Shown here: in pieces, positions 27,871 through 38,896 of the stretch
Layout of the letters: each line of letters opens with the position of its first letter
Numbering within the stretch: position 1 is the stretch's first letter
Assembly: GCF_029227855.1 (NCBI RefSeq)
Contig: NZ_CP074356.1
Length of the DNA stretch: 64,000 nt
Origin: Escherichia coli
GTDB lineage: Bacteria; Pseudomonadota; Gammaproteobacteria; Enterobacterales; Enterobacteriaceae
Reading direction: 5' to 3' (one strand)
Program-made: the position numbers and the translations under genes
Notes under the pieces: model-generated
Told to the model about the DNA's origin: nothing
Seen by the model: the letters and a program-made list of their open reading frames with translations, nothing else
Database searches by the model: none

Positions 27871-28911
27871 ATGGCTACATCGACAGTAATTCCTGATGAC
27901 ATCAAAACGCTAAAATCCGACGTTAGCAAATTAAAAAACGATCAAGGAAGCTACGCAACAAAATTATATGTAGACAGCAAAGATGAAATCGTTGGTGACT
28001 GGTCTGTTTCATGGTATCAGCAGGTATTGCCAACTAGCGGAGCTATATTTGGGAGAAAACTCCGCTCAACTCACAGGACGGCAGGTGTTGAGGATGCGTA
28101 TTGCGAACTATACCTCAAAAAATGGATAGACAGTCCAGGTAACGCAATGGCGCGCCTTAACCTGAACGATAACGGGACAAACATTTGCTGGGACTTTACC
28201 AACCTTTATGGCGGTACGATGATTTTTCCCGGTGACAGCGGATACCTCAAAATGGGTAACTGCCTTATGTCATACAGCAAGCGTGGAAGTAACGCGCTTA
28301 TTAAATTTGATTACACCGACACATTACAGATCAAATATGCCAATCATGGGTCAACCATGACATTAAACACACAGGGAACCGCTTATGCTGGTGTTACTGC
28401 TCAATTGTGGGGCAACTCCAGCCGTCCTGTTGTTTATGAAGTCGGTGTTGATGGTGGCGCTTATATGTTCTATGCGCAGAAAAATACCGATAACACCTAT
28501 ATGTTAAGCGTTAATGGTGCATGTCATGCCACCGCATTTAACCAGCATTCCGACCGGGATCTGAAAGACAACATTCAGGTGATCGATAATGCAACCGACC
28601 GCATCCGTAAAATGAACGGCTATACATACACGCTTAAAGAAAACGGTATGCCCTATGCTGGTGTCATTGCACAGGAAGCTCTGGAAGCAATCCCAGAAGT
28701 TGTAGGTTCCGCAATGAAATATCAGGACGGTGCGAGCGGATCGGAAGGTGAAGAAGGTGAACGTTATTACACAGTAGATTATTCTGGTGTTACTGGCTTG
28801 CTTGTTCAGGTAGCCAGAGAGTCAGACGACAGAATAACAGCACTGGAAGAAGAAAACGCAGAATTAAGACAAAGATTATCTGCAATTGATGCGGCGCTTG
28901 CGTCTAAATAA
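27871..28911 (+). CDS. tail fibre/spike protein with C-terminal intramolecular chaperone (endosialidase-chaperone-like) domain
   Basis: 346-aa product; C-terminal region (SDRDLKDNIQVIDNATDRIRKMNGYTYTLKE...YAGVIAQEA...LEEENAELRQRL) is typical of self-cleaving tail-fibre chaperone domains. Confidence 0.7.
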   Translation: MATSTVIPDDIKTLKSDVSKLKNDQGSYATKLYVDSKDEIVGDWSVSWYQQVLPTSGAIFGRKLRSTHRTAGVEDAYCELYLKKWIDSPGNAMARLNLNDNGTNICWDFTNLYGGTMIFPGDSGYLKMGNCLMSYSKRGSNALIKFDYTDTLQIKYANHGSTMTLNTQGTAYAGVTAQLWGNSSRPVVYEVGVDGGAYMFYAQKNTDNTYMLSVNGACHATAFNQHSDRDLKDNIQVIDNATDRIRKMNGYTYTLKENGMPYAGVIAQEALEAIPEVVGSAMKYQDGASGSEGEEGERYYTVDYSGVTGLLVQVARESDDRITALEEENAELRQRLSAIDAALASK

Positions 28912-28917
28912 TATTAA

Positions 28918-28940
28918 GGGGCCGAGCGCCCCGTTTTATT
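28918..28940 (+). terminator. hairpin terminator-like element after the tail fibre gene
   Basis: GGGGC-CGAGC-GCCCC followed by GTTTTATT. Confidence 0.5.
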
Positions 28941-29247
28941 GGGTAGGATGAAAATGGATATAACACCTTTCCTTCATGCGCTTTGTGCTGTGGCTGCGCA
29001 GCTACTGATTGGTCTTTTTACCGGGAACTGGGCTTACGGGGCGATAGCCGGTTGTACGTTCTTCATTGCGCGTGAACACACCCAGGCAGAATATCGCTGG
29101 ATCGAAATGTTCGGGCATGGCAAGCGAATGAATATGCCGTGGTGGGGCGGTTTTGATCCACGCGCGTGGGATGTGGCAAGCCTGATGGATTTTGCTGTGC
29201 CGGTGGTGGCGTGTCTGCTGGTCTGGCTGTTGGTTAATCGTGGGTGA
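28939..29247 (+). CDS. hypothetical small membrane protein (102 aa)
   Basis: ORF with two hydrophobic segments; prophage accessory region. Confidence 0.45.
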   Translation: MGRMKMDITPFLHALCAVAAQLLIGLFTGNWAYGAIAGCTFFIAREHTQAEYRWIEMFGHGKRMNMPWWGGFDPRAWDVASLMDFAVPVVACLLVWLLVNRG

Positions 29248-29459
29248 AAAAAGGTGGGCTGTATATGCAACGGAGGAAGAAACCACGTTGCTGGAAGCCT
29301 GGAAGAAGTATCGGGTGTTGCTGAACCGTGTTAATACAACAACTGCACCGGATATTGAATGGCCAACAGTACCCATTATCGAATAGTGCATTACGAACTG
29401 CAGGATATTATATGGGATAATATTCTGCAGTTTATTGGGGCTGTATTTTAAAAAGGTGT

Positions 29460-30791
29460 TTATTTTGAGTGAATTATCACCTTGTTTTTTCCGGTTCTTT
29501 TGGCTTGATATAACGCTTTGTCGGCATTGACTAACATTTCAGATGGACTGAGATTATTCTCTTTTGAAGCAAAGCAACCAATACTGACAGTTATTTTCTC
29601 AGGTCCATGCGATAATAATTTTTCCGAGCATTGCTCTTCAATGTTTTTTCTGATTCGCTCTGCAATTGATAGCAAGAGTTTTTGAGTATTACCTTTAATG
29701 ATAATACCGAACTCCTCACCGCCTAAGCGCCCTAATATATCCTCTTTCCTGATGGATTTTTTTATTATTCTGGTAACCATTACTATGACTTGATCACCCA
29801 TATGATGCCCCCATTTGTCATTGATGCTTTTGAAACTGTCAATATCTAACATTATTACTGAGAAATCATGGTGTTTTGATATATTCTTCAATGAGTCAAT
29901 AAAGTATCTTCTATTGTATGTATTCGTTAGTGGATCATGAATTGCCATATGATTAGCATGATTTAATTTCCTGAAAACATAATACATGAGTGTTGAAATG
30001 ATATAAATCATTGATATCAATTCAAGAAATTTTGTCATGTACCATGCAGGATGGGATTTATCAATAAAATACAATAAAATTAGATTATTGCATACTGACA
30101 CTATACTAATAAGTATTATACACAACCATATTTTTGAGTAATTACGTATGCTGATGCATGAGCTGATAAGTAATACAAGCCAAAATACTGATATTATTTT
30201 GGTGTACACGATATTCCACGTCGACAAATGACGATTCAGCGAGTATTGTATAATATTAAGACTATATTTTATATGGTCACTGCTTAGATTTTTTGCTACA
30301 AACGGAGTAATAAAAAGAATTAATATTGACAAAACAACAATTATTATGTTTCTTTTATCTTCTAAAATACTTTTATTTTTAACATTGGTGGAATAAACAG
30401 CCAGAAAGATTATAGATATAAAGCTGAACTGACGGAATAGATAATATATTGCGATATCATTTGATTTCTGATAGATTGTAGATAAATCGTTACCTAACGG
30501 AGATAAAGAAATAATAGCCACTTCTAATAAATAATACGTGTTGCTCAAAAACGCGAATGAAAGAATTAAGAGATAACTTTGTCTCTGATTAGAAACATAG
30601 TAAAGCAATAGAAAAATAAAAATCATCAGGTTTATGAAAAAAAGCCCAATAATGAAAACACTATAACTTATTTGTGTTGTTTGTGTTATGTATATTCCAT
30701 TATTTTCATGCAGTAACAAAAATATAATAGAGATGCATGAAAATAAAAAGATGAAGATTTTTATTTTTATAGGTACCTGGTTGATAATCAT
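29460..30791 (-). CDS. membrane-anchored GGDEF-domain protein (putative diguanylate cyclase), prophage cargo
   Basis: 443-aa product; multi-helix hydrophobic N-terminal part and C-terminal GGDEF domain with RLGGEEF motif; strongly AT-rich. Confidence 0.75.
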   Translation of the reverse strand: MIINQVPIKIKIFIFLFSCISIIFLLLHENNGIYITQTTQISYSVFIIGLFFINLMIFIFLLLYYVSNQRQSYLLILSFAFLSNTYYLLEVAIISLSPLGNDLSTIYQKSNDIAIYYLFRQFSFISIIFLAVYSTNVKNKSILEDKRNIIIVVLSILILFITPFVAKNLSSDHIKYSLNIIQYSLNRHLSTWNIVYTKIISVFWLVLLISSCISIRNYSKIWLCIILISIVSVCNNLILLYFIDKSHPAWYMTKFLELISMIYIISTLMYYVFRKLNHANHMAIHDPLTNTYNRRYFIDSLKNISKHHDFSVIMLDIDSFKSINDKWGHHMGDQVIVMVTRIIKKSIRKEDILGRLGGEEFGIIIKGNTQKLLLSIAERIRKNIEEQCSEKLLSHGPEKITVSIGCFASKENNLSPSEMLVNADKALYQAKRTGKNKVIIHSK

Positions 30792-31040
30792 GTACGCACC
30801 TGAGAATGATATATATATAATATGTATCGCTACAAATAACGATAATTTCTTACTGGTGATAGTATACTATTATTCTGGTTAATCGCTGTCAAATTGATGA
30901 TTTTGGTTAGTATTGCAATAGCGAAGGGTTTGATCCGGTAAGACTGGCTAGGCAAGGCTATACCAAAAAATCAGTGTAGGTTCAGAAAACGATGCACCAT
31001 ACAATCATCAATAATTTCAAATTGTCCATTGTGCATAAAT

Positions 31041-31084
31041 CATAAAGAAAACCGCAGCACGTCGTATGCAAGAACGTGCTGCGG
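31041..31084 (-). terminator. orphan rho-independent terminator-like hairpin (minus strand)
   Basis: CCGCAGCACG...CGTGCTGCGG stem followed on the minus strand by TTTTCTTTAT; no minus-strand ORF upstream of it. Confidence 0.4.
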
Positions 31085-31383
31085 TTGGCTGGTGAGCTTT
31101 CGATAGTGCGAGTATTGAATGATTTCCAGACGTTACCGATTTTATATAACTGCAGTGGAATTATTCAACACACAGGCAAAACGGAATAAGCTGAGAAAAA
31201 AGCGTGCTTTCCCAATCTGGGGCAAATCACGTCTGAATGACACCTGAAAACAGGTGGTAGCCTCAAGAAGGCTTGGAATATTCTTCTTTAATGTTATGTA
31301 ATTCATTGATTTTTCTTGTACGATTTTAAGACATTTATTCCAAGAAAAATTTTTAACTCTTTGATTTTTCGACTCTGTATCAT

Positions 31384-31445
31384 CGGTCTCGAAAACCGGA
31401 GTAGGGGCAACTCTACCGGGGGTTCAAATCCCCCTCTCTCCGCCA
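31384..31445 (+). tRNA. 3' fragment of a tRNA-Ser gene (anticodon arm to CCA end; 5' part missing), likely prophage att remnant
   Basis: CGGTCTCGAAAACCGGAGTAGGGGCAACTCTACCGGGGGTTCAAATCCCCCTCTCTCCGCCA matches the 3' part of E. coli tRNA-Ser (CGA anticodon, serU-like) from memory; no matching 5' acceptor strand upstream. Confidence 0.7.
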
Positions 31446-32114
31446 CTTTATCAATGACTTATCTCCCGACTTCCCGCCTTGCTTTTCCTAAACAGAACAA
31501 TCGTAGAATATTCTTGAAGGGTTAGATCGTCACTGTTTTCTGTTCGATACTGTGACATTCAGCACTTGATTCGCTATGGATCTGACAGGAAGGTTTCGAG
31601 CGAAAATCTGCAATTATTCAGTCGTTTTCTTATCGGTCACCATTATTCTTTTAGACATTGATCCTACAAAGCTGCCGCAAAGTTGGTGGTGGGAACTGAA
31701 GTTGCGTAGAGAAGGGGGCAATAATTGAGCAAAAAAAGGAACGCGGCCGTCAGATTAAAGCCGCGGGACAAAGTCCATAATTTCCAAGAGTTGTTGAATT
31801 TCCCAGCTTTTTTGAAAGCCTTTGTATCATACTAACAAGTAAAAAAGGTTTAAATACCAAAATTAACCTATATTTCTGGTTAGCTTTACCATGACAGATG
31901 ACTTGCTCCTGGAGACATTGGCGCAGCCAGTCTGTATTGGTGAGTTGTGTATTTATTGTTCGCCGTTTTCTCAGTTTTTTTCTACAGACGTAATAAAAAA
32001 GACACGTCTCAAGCATGAGCGTGTCTGAGTTTGTCTTATTTATTTGTCTTGGTAAATTATTGTCGTTACTACCAGGCACTGTTCTGTTAAATAATTGAAG
32101 TCAGCGCAAAAAAA

Positions 32115-32765
32115 TCAATGAAACATCATCTCCTCGACCACTTCTTCGCTACTCAACTGATAGGGATAATACGTTGGCCAGTTTTCCATTTCATTTAATA
32201 AAGATTGTTGTGAATCATTACCCATAAAAATGTGAAAATGAGATGATTTTCGTGGTGCATTTATATGATCGCTAAATTGAATATATTTAGGGGCTTTGCT
32301 TTCAGGATCTTTACATTCGAATAAGTAACGAACACCTTTCTTGCCTGATTTATAGGTGAGTATTTTGTATCCATCGTAATCATATTTACAGGATGTTGTT
32401 TCATTATTTCTATGGAATTCAACAATGCCGTCCTCAATGCCAATCATCTCGATATCTGTCACATAACCTTTGCGATAATAATCTTTAATTTCAGCAAATG
32501 TTTTGGTTTTATCTGCATCCGCTTTTTTCTGAAAGACGGGGTCAAGTTTGCCACTTTGCAGTAAAGGATAAACGGATTGCCAGACTCCATCCCAGTCACT
32601 GAGCATTCGATTTTGTACATTGGCATCATCAAAAACACCATTAGCAGCTTTTTGTTCGATCTCTGTTAAAGGTTTGCCGTGTGAGTGATGACCATGCGAA
32701 AAGGCAGGAGCGCTAACAATAAAGACGCCTAAAGCAACAGCCAGTTTATGAAGACGAATCGCCAA
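32115..32765 (-). CDS. zinT: zinc/cadmium-binding periplasmic protein ZinT
   Basis: 216-aa product with signal peptide and His-rich HGHHSHG motif; matches E. coli ZinT (YodA). Confidence 0.9.
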   Translation of the reverse strand: MAIRLHKLAVALGVFIVSAPAFSHGHHSHGKPLTEIEQKAANGVFDDANVQNRMLSDWDGVWQSVYPLLQSGKLDPVFQKKADADKTKTFAEIKDYYRKGYVTDIEMIGIEDGIVEFHRNNETTSCKYDYDGYKILTYKSGKKGVRYLFECKDPESKAPKYIQFSDHINAPRKSSHFHIFMGNDSQQSLLNEMENWPTYYPYQLSSEEVVEEMMFH

Positions 32766-32954
32766 AACAGTTTCCTCCAGAGTTAATGTATATGATATGT
32801 AATGTTATATTGTAACATATAACAAAATGCAACAACTCTTAGGAGACAAGAGAATAGTTCTCACAGGTGTGCTTATCTATCTTATTGAAATAAAATAAAT
32901 TATGTCGATGATTTGAGGTTGATGACAAACGAAACATAACTTGATGTGATCTGC

Positions 32955-32995
32955 GTAGGCCGGATAGGGCGCTCGCGCCGCATCCGGCAGGGATA
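32955..32995. repeat. REP (repetitive extragenic palindrome) element
   Basis: TAGGCCGGATAGGGCGCTCGCGCCGCATCCGGCAG palindromic unit in the zinT-msrQ intergenic region. Confidence 0.7.
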
Positions 32996-33021
32996 ACGCG
33001 TACTTTGTCGGCAATATGAAG

Positions 33022-33657
33022 TTATAGAGATAATTTGTTGTGAACCTGCTTGCGTAACCGGTTGAAAAGGGAAAGCAACTTCTTATACCGTAAGGCTAAA
33101 AGCAGTACCGCCAGCCCAGCGTAGATGAGTGGCTGCGGTGAAATAATCTTCACTGACCACAGATAATGTATTGGGGCCAGGATCGCGACAAGATAGACGA
33201 AGTTATGCAACTGTTGCCAGTGCTTGCCGAGTTTTCGCTGCATCGCCTGGGTTGAAGTAAACGCTAAAGCAAGCAAAATAACCCAGCTGATAATTCCTAA
33301 CGTTAAATAAGGCCGGGTAATTAACTCCTTACCTAATAACGCCAGATTATTCACGCCCAGCTCCAGTAATGCGTAACTGGTTAAATGCAGTGTCGCCCAG
33401 GCAAAGCACCATAAGCCTAACAGGCGGCGAGTGCGTATCAATAACGGCTGTTTTGCGTAGCGTGCCAGAGGTGTGATTAACAAGGTCGCCAGCAAAAATT
33501 TCAGTGCAGTGCGACCAGTAAAATGCTGAATATCTTTCACTGGATCGGCACCCAGTCCACCGTGATTGATCGCCCAGACCAGCCAGAGAAACGGCAACAA
33601 TCCGGCAAGATGCAGGCAAACTTTCATCCATGTCACCTGTTTTGCTGTCAGACGCAT
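33022..33657 (-). CDS. msrQ: methionine sulfoxide reductase haem-binding membrane subunit MsrQ
   Basis: 211-aa polytopic membrane protein matching E. coli MsrQ (YedZ); adjacent to msrP. Confidence 0.9.
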   Translation of the reverse strand: MRLTAKQVTWMKVCLHLAGLLPFLWLVWAINHGGLGADPVKDIQHFTGRTALKFLLATLLITPLARYAKQPLLIRTRRLLGLWCFAWATLHLTSYALLELGVNNLALLGKELITRPYLTLGIISWVILLALAFTSTQAMQRKLGKHWQQLHNFVYLVAILAPIHYLWSVKIISPQPLIYAGLAVLLLALRYKKLLSLFNRLRKQVHNKLSL

Positions 33658-34668
<1,011 letters not shown>

Positions 34669-34770
34669 TCACACTTTTTTGTCTTTAGCCAGAAAGAGCC
34701 GTTTACTGTTAATCTGTCAGGGAGTGTCCTCCCTAACAGTAGCAGAGATCTGCTTTTACATATTTATGCA

Positions 34771-35184
34771 TTAACTGCCACGATAGGTTGAATACCCATA
34801 TTGGCTAAGTAATAAAGGCACATGATAATGCTCGTTCACTTTATTAATATGAAATTCAACGGGGATCTCAGGGAAGAAACTTTCAAGATTTTGTTTCTTG
34901 AAATAGTCCCCGGTTTTAAATACGACACGGTAATCGCCCGTAGTCGCAGTTTGCTCGGGCCACAGTGCCTTAATTCGTCCATCCTTATCTGTTTTGGCGG
35001 TATTAAGTTGTAACCAGCCGTTATCCGCTTTCTTTTCAAGAGTGACTGTCACGTCGGCAGCGGGTTTTCCTGTTTGCTGGTTCAAAATGTGCACGCTAAG
35101 AATGTTTTGTTGTGCAGCATAGACCAAAGAAGGTAATGAAAATGCAGCCGTTACTACGGAGAGTACTAAATAACGCTTTAACAT
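34771..35184 (-). CDS. hiuH: 5-hydroxyisourate hydrolase (transthyretin-like)
   Basis: 137-aa product ending YRGS, matches E. coli HiuH (YedX). Confidence 0.9.
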   Translation of the reverse strand: MLKRYLVLSVVTAAFSLPSLVYAAQQNILSVHILNQQTGKPAADVTVTLEKKADNGWLQLNTAKTDKDGRIKALWPEQTATTGDYRVVFKTGDYFKKQNLESFFPEIPVEFHINKVNEHYHVPLLLSQYGYSTYRGS

Positions 35185-35316
35185 GTTTATATCCTTGTCA
35201 TGTGAATGAGTTTTGAGGATAGCGAAAAAACGTCTAGGGTAACCTTACAGCAGCATTACAATTTTGTAATGAACCAGGCTGTTTCTATAACATATGATTT
35301 ATGGCATATTATTTTC

Positions 35317-35988
35317 ATGAAGATTTTACTTATTGAAGATAATCAAAGGACCCAGGAGTGGGTAACGCAGGGGCTTTCCGAAGCGGGTTATGTCATTGAT
35401 GCCGTTTCTGATGGCAGAGATGGGCTTTATCTTGCGCTGAAGGATGATTATGCATTGATCATTCTGGATATTATGCTTCCGGGTATGGATGGCTGGCAGA
35501 TCTTACAAACGTTAAGAACAGCAAAGCAAACCCCTGTTATTTGCCTTACTGCAAGGGATTCTGTCGATGACAGAGTCAGAGGGCTGGACAGTGGAGCAAA
35601 TGATTATCTGGTAAAACCTTTTTCATTTTCTGAGTTGCTGGCAAGGGTTCGGGCACAATTAAGGCAACATCACGCTTTGAATTCAACATTAGAAATCAGT
35701 GGCTTAAGAATGGACTCTGTTAGTCAAAGTGTGAGCAGGGACAATATCAGTATTACACTGACGCGCAAGGAGTTTCAGTTACTTTGGCTACTGGCCTCCA
35801 GAGCTGGCGAGATTATCCCCAGAACGGTTATTGCGAGTGAAATTTGGGGAATCAACTTTGATAGTGATACCAATACGGTGGACGTCGCCATTCGCAGGCT
35901 CCGCGCAAAAGTTGATGATCCTTTTCCTGAAAAGCTAATCGCCACAATCCGGGGGATGGGCTATTCATTCGTAGCGGTAAAAAAATAA
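35317..35988 (+). CDS. hprR: two-component response regulator HprR (OmpR family)
   Basis: From ATG 35317 the product MKILLIEDNQRTQEW... (223 aa) matches E. coli HprR (YedW). Confidence 0.9.
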   Translation: MKILLIEDNQRTQEWVTQGLSEAGYVIDAVSDGRDGLYLALKDDYALIILDIMLPGMDGWQILQTLRTAKQTPVICLTARDSVDDRVRGLDSGANDYLVKPFSFSELLARVRAQLRQHHALNSTLEISGLRMDSVSQSVSRDNISITLTRKEFQLLWLLASRAGEIIPRTVIASEIWGINFDSDTNTVDVAIRRLRAKVDDPFPEKLIATIRGMGYSFVAVKK

Positions 35989-37346
35989 TGAAAAGATTAT
36001 CTATAACCGTCCGTTTAACCTTGCTTTTTATATTGCTGCTGTCTGTTGCTGGCGCTGGAATTGTCTGGACTCTCTATAATGGCCTGGCAAGTGAGTTGAA
36101 ATGGCGCGATGATACAACACTCATTAACCGGACAGCGCAGATCAAGCAGTTGTTAATTGATGGGGTAAATCCAGATACGTTACCTGTGTACTTTAACCGG
36201 ATGATGGATGTTAGTCAGGATATCTTGATCATTCATGGTGATAGCATCAACAAAATTGTTAACCGGACGAATGTCAGTGATGACATGTTAAATAACATAC
36301 CTGCTACTGAGACAATCAGCGCAGCTGGCATTTACAGAAGCATTATTAATGATACAGAGATAGATGCTTTACGAATTAATATTGATGAAGTTTCGCCATC
36401 ATTAACGGTTACTGTGGCTAAATTGGCTTCAGCCAGACATAACATGCTTGAACAGTATAAAATTAATAGCATTATAATTTGCATTGTCGCCATTATACTT
36501 TGCTCAGTATTAAGTCCGCTGTTAATCAGAACGGGGTTACGAGAGATCAAAAAGTTGAGTGGTGTAACGGAAGCGCTGAATTATAACGATAACCGGGAGC
36601 CTGTTGAGGTTAGCGCATTACCGAGAGAACTAAAACCTCTTGGGCAGGCGTTGAATAAAATGCACCAAGCCTTAGTCAAAGATTTTGAACGCCTAAGTCA
36701 ATTTGCTGACGATCTCGCTCATGAACTTAGAACGCCAATTAATGCATTACTGGGTCAGAATCAGGTTACGCTCAGTCAAACCAGAAGTATCGCTGAATAT
36801 CAAAAAACAATTGCCGGAAACATTGAAGAGCTGGAAAATATTTCGCGGTTAACAGAGAACATACTGTTTCTTGCCAGGGCAGATAAAAACAATGTTTTGG
36901 TGAAACTGGATTCGCTTTCTCTCAATAAGGAAGTCGAAAATTTGTTGGACTATCTTGAATACCTTTCAGACGAGAAAGAGATTTGCTTTAAGGTCGAGTG
37001 CAATCAGCAAATTTTTGCGGATAAAATTTTACTGCAACGAATGTTATCGAATCTTATTGTTAACGCTATTCGATATTCACCAGAAAAATCGCGCATTCTT
37101 ATAACCAGTTTTCTTGATACCAACGGCTCTCTTAATATTGATATCGCCAGCCCTGGAACGAAAATTAATGAGCCTGAAAAACTCTTCCGTAGATTTTGGC
37201 GCGGAGATAATTCGCGTCATTCCGTAGGTCAGGGACTTGGTCTTTCTTTAGTCAAAGCGATTGCCGAATTGCATGGAGGAAGTGCTACGTATCACTATCT
37301 CAATAAGCTTAATGTGTTCCGGATTACGTTACCGCAAAGAAATTAA
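35988..37346 (+). CDS. hprS: two-component sensor histidine kinase HprS
   Basis: 452-aa product with two TM segments, H-box (HELRTP) and ATPase domain; matches E. coli HprS (YedV). Confidence 0.9.
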   Translation: MKRLSITVRLTLLFILLLSVAGAGIVWTLYNGLASELKWRDDTTLINRTAQIKQLLIDGVNPDTLPVYFNRMMDVSQDILIIHGDSINKIVNRTNVSDDMLNNIPATETISAAGIYRSIINDTEIDALRINIDEVSPSLTVTVAKLASARHNMLEQYKINSIIICIVAIILCSVLSPLLIRTGLREIKKLSGVTEALNYNDNREPVEVSALPRELKPLGQALNKMHQALVKDFERLSQFADDLAHELRTPINALLGQNQVTLSQTRSIAEYQKTIAGNIEELENISRLTENILFLARADKNNVLVKLDSLSLNKEVENLLDYLEYLSDEKEICFKVECNQQIFADKILLQRMLSNLIVNAIRYSPEKSRILITSFLDTNGSLNIDIASPGTKINEPEKLFRRFWRGDNSRHSVGQGLGLSLVKAIAELHGGSATYHYLNKLNVFRITLPQRN

Positions 37347-37453
37347 CATAGGGCTTCAGTACGCCATAAATTAACCGTGAAAAAACGCAGCCACGTCGTG
37401 AGTACTAACGCAGCTGCGATTGATTATGCGCTTACATTCAAACGTAACAGGGA

Positions 37454-38305
37454 TTAACCCGCGTAAGCTGCCAGCATTTCCTGCGCCGCCAGTTTACCCA
37501 ACGCATTCGCTGCGAAAGGACTGTCGCCGGTGAGAACTTTACGGTCCTTATGTACTCGCCCGGTGATGTCGTCATTAATAATGTTCATGCCCATTTTCTT
37601 CAGCTCTTCGCCGAAGTACCAGGTGAGATGACCCGGCATATAGCCTATCTCTGGCGTTTGTTTGTCTGCGGCGTCTGGGAATGCGCAAATGGAATAACCA
37701 TTCAGTGGGTTATCGCCGTGGCGAAGCGCCAGAAAAGCCGCCGGGCCGTGGCAAAGGGAGATAACAAAACGGTCATTTTTGATTGCCCACTGTAAAGCGG
37801 CAGCCACGTCCTGGCTTTCAGGTAAACCAATAAGTGCGCCATGACCACCAGGAACAAAGATTGCTGCATATTCGCTGTCTGCGTTGAGGCTGGCGACAAC
37901 ATCCGCGAGTTTCTTCGGATTGCGGAACAACGATTTATGCTGCTCAAAGAATGGCATTACTTTTTCATCTTTGTGCGGCATAGCCCAGTATTCAAACTTG
38001 GTCATCAGACCGGAAATGGTCGCCACTTCGAATTCGAAACCTGCAGCGTGGAGATGATACAACGGCAGCAACGTTTCAATCGGATGGTTACCGGTCGAGA
38101 ACAGTTTTCCGTTATCGGTCGGCAAATAACGTTCGTCCGCGGCGATCACCAGAATTTTATGTTTACCGCGATACGGTTTTGGATAGTCCACGCCATCAAG
38201 ATCAGAGACAGGACTGGTATATTGGCTAAGCGAATATTCTGAAGGGAAGAATGCATTATCTTCAGCAATATCGACCTGCGGATTTTTACTTGTTTGAACA
38301 GTCAT
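37454..38305 (-). CDS. hchA: glyoxalase III / chaperone Hsp31
   Basis: 283-aa product MTVQTSKNPQVDIAEDNAFFPSEYS... matches E. coli HchA. Confidence 0.92.
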   Translation of the reverse strand: MTVQTSKNPQVDIAEDNAFFPSEYSLSQYTSPVSDLDGVDYPKPYRGKHKILVIAADERYLPTDNGKLFSTGNHPIETLLPLYHLHAAGFEFEVATISGLMTKFEYWAMPHKDEKVMPFFEQHKSLFRNPKKLADVVASLNADSEYAAIFVPGGHGALIGLPESQDVAAALQWAIKNDRFVISLCHGPAAFLALRHGDNPLNGYSICAFPDAADKQTPEIGYMPGHLTWYFGEELKKMGMNIINDDITGRVHKDRKVLTGDSPFAANALGKLAAQEMLAAYAG

Positions 38306-38812
38306 AGTGTATTCCTTATTGTTGCTTAGTTAGGGTAGTCACTATATTTGCGACTGAGCTGGTCGCTATTTTTAACCAGGCTGGAAAATTGAGTCAATAT
38401 ATCGAAAGCGGTAGTCGGCGGGTGTAAGTATGTAATGATGATGCTGCACTGGTGTTGAATATTATTCACGCCAAATTTTCCTTATTGAGCTACGTCGTCG
38501 CAAGTGGCCTCAATGATTTTAGACCATTATCAGAGGTACGGGGCGGCGGGGAGAGATTTAGTGCTGTGGAATATTGTGGTGCTGATGAATATTTATATCC
38601 CGGATTGGTAGAGAAAAAGCTTTTTCTATGCACTTTTTTTGCAAATATTTCTGTATGGGAGGCGGTTTTGTTGCAGATTAATTCATAAAGAAATGCATTT
38701 GGGTGTTGGCTGGAAGAGTCGCGGGTAGATGTTATTGTGCCAGCAGGGGCAGGGTAAGGTACTGTATCGATATGCTTTGGCAATTGCATGTGCCGCAGAG
38801 GGAGATGAAATG

Positions 38813-38856
38813 CCAATAAAAAAGCCTGAGTTCGATGAGGGACGAACTCAGGCTAG
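38813..38856 (-). terminator. rho-independent terminator downstream of the porin gene
   Basis: AGCCTGAGTTCG...CGAACTCAGGCT hairpin followed on the minus strand by TTTTTTATT. Confidence 0.7.
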
Positions 38857-38896
38857 TGTTAACTTTTACAGTAACACGCCGCGGCGCGTTGGCTGA

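Larger units (their letters stand above)
1..31445. mobile_element. lambda-like prophage, right part (head-tail structural module plus accessory region); left end outside window
   Basis: Collinear lambda gene order D-E-FI-FII-Z-U-V-G-T-H-M-L-K-I-J-lom-stf with lambda-like products; right boundary at a 3' tRNA-Ser fragment (31384-31445) next to backbone gene zinT. Confidence 0.85.

Noticed and set aside
31384-31445. Possible complete tRNA gene
   Set aside because: Only the anticodon-arm-to-CCA portion is present; the 5' acceptor and D-arm sequence are absent.
31750-32079. 109-aa minus-strand ORF between the tRNA fragment and zinT
   Set aside because: No ribosome-binding site or recognisable product.
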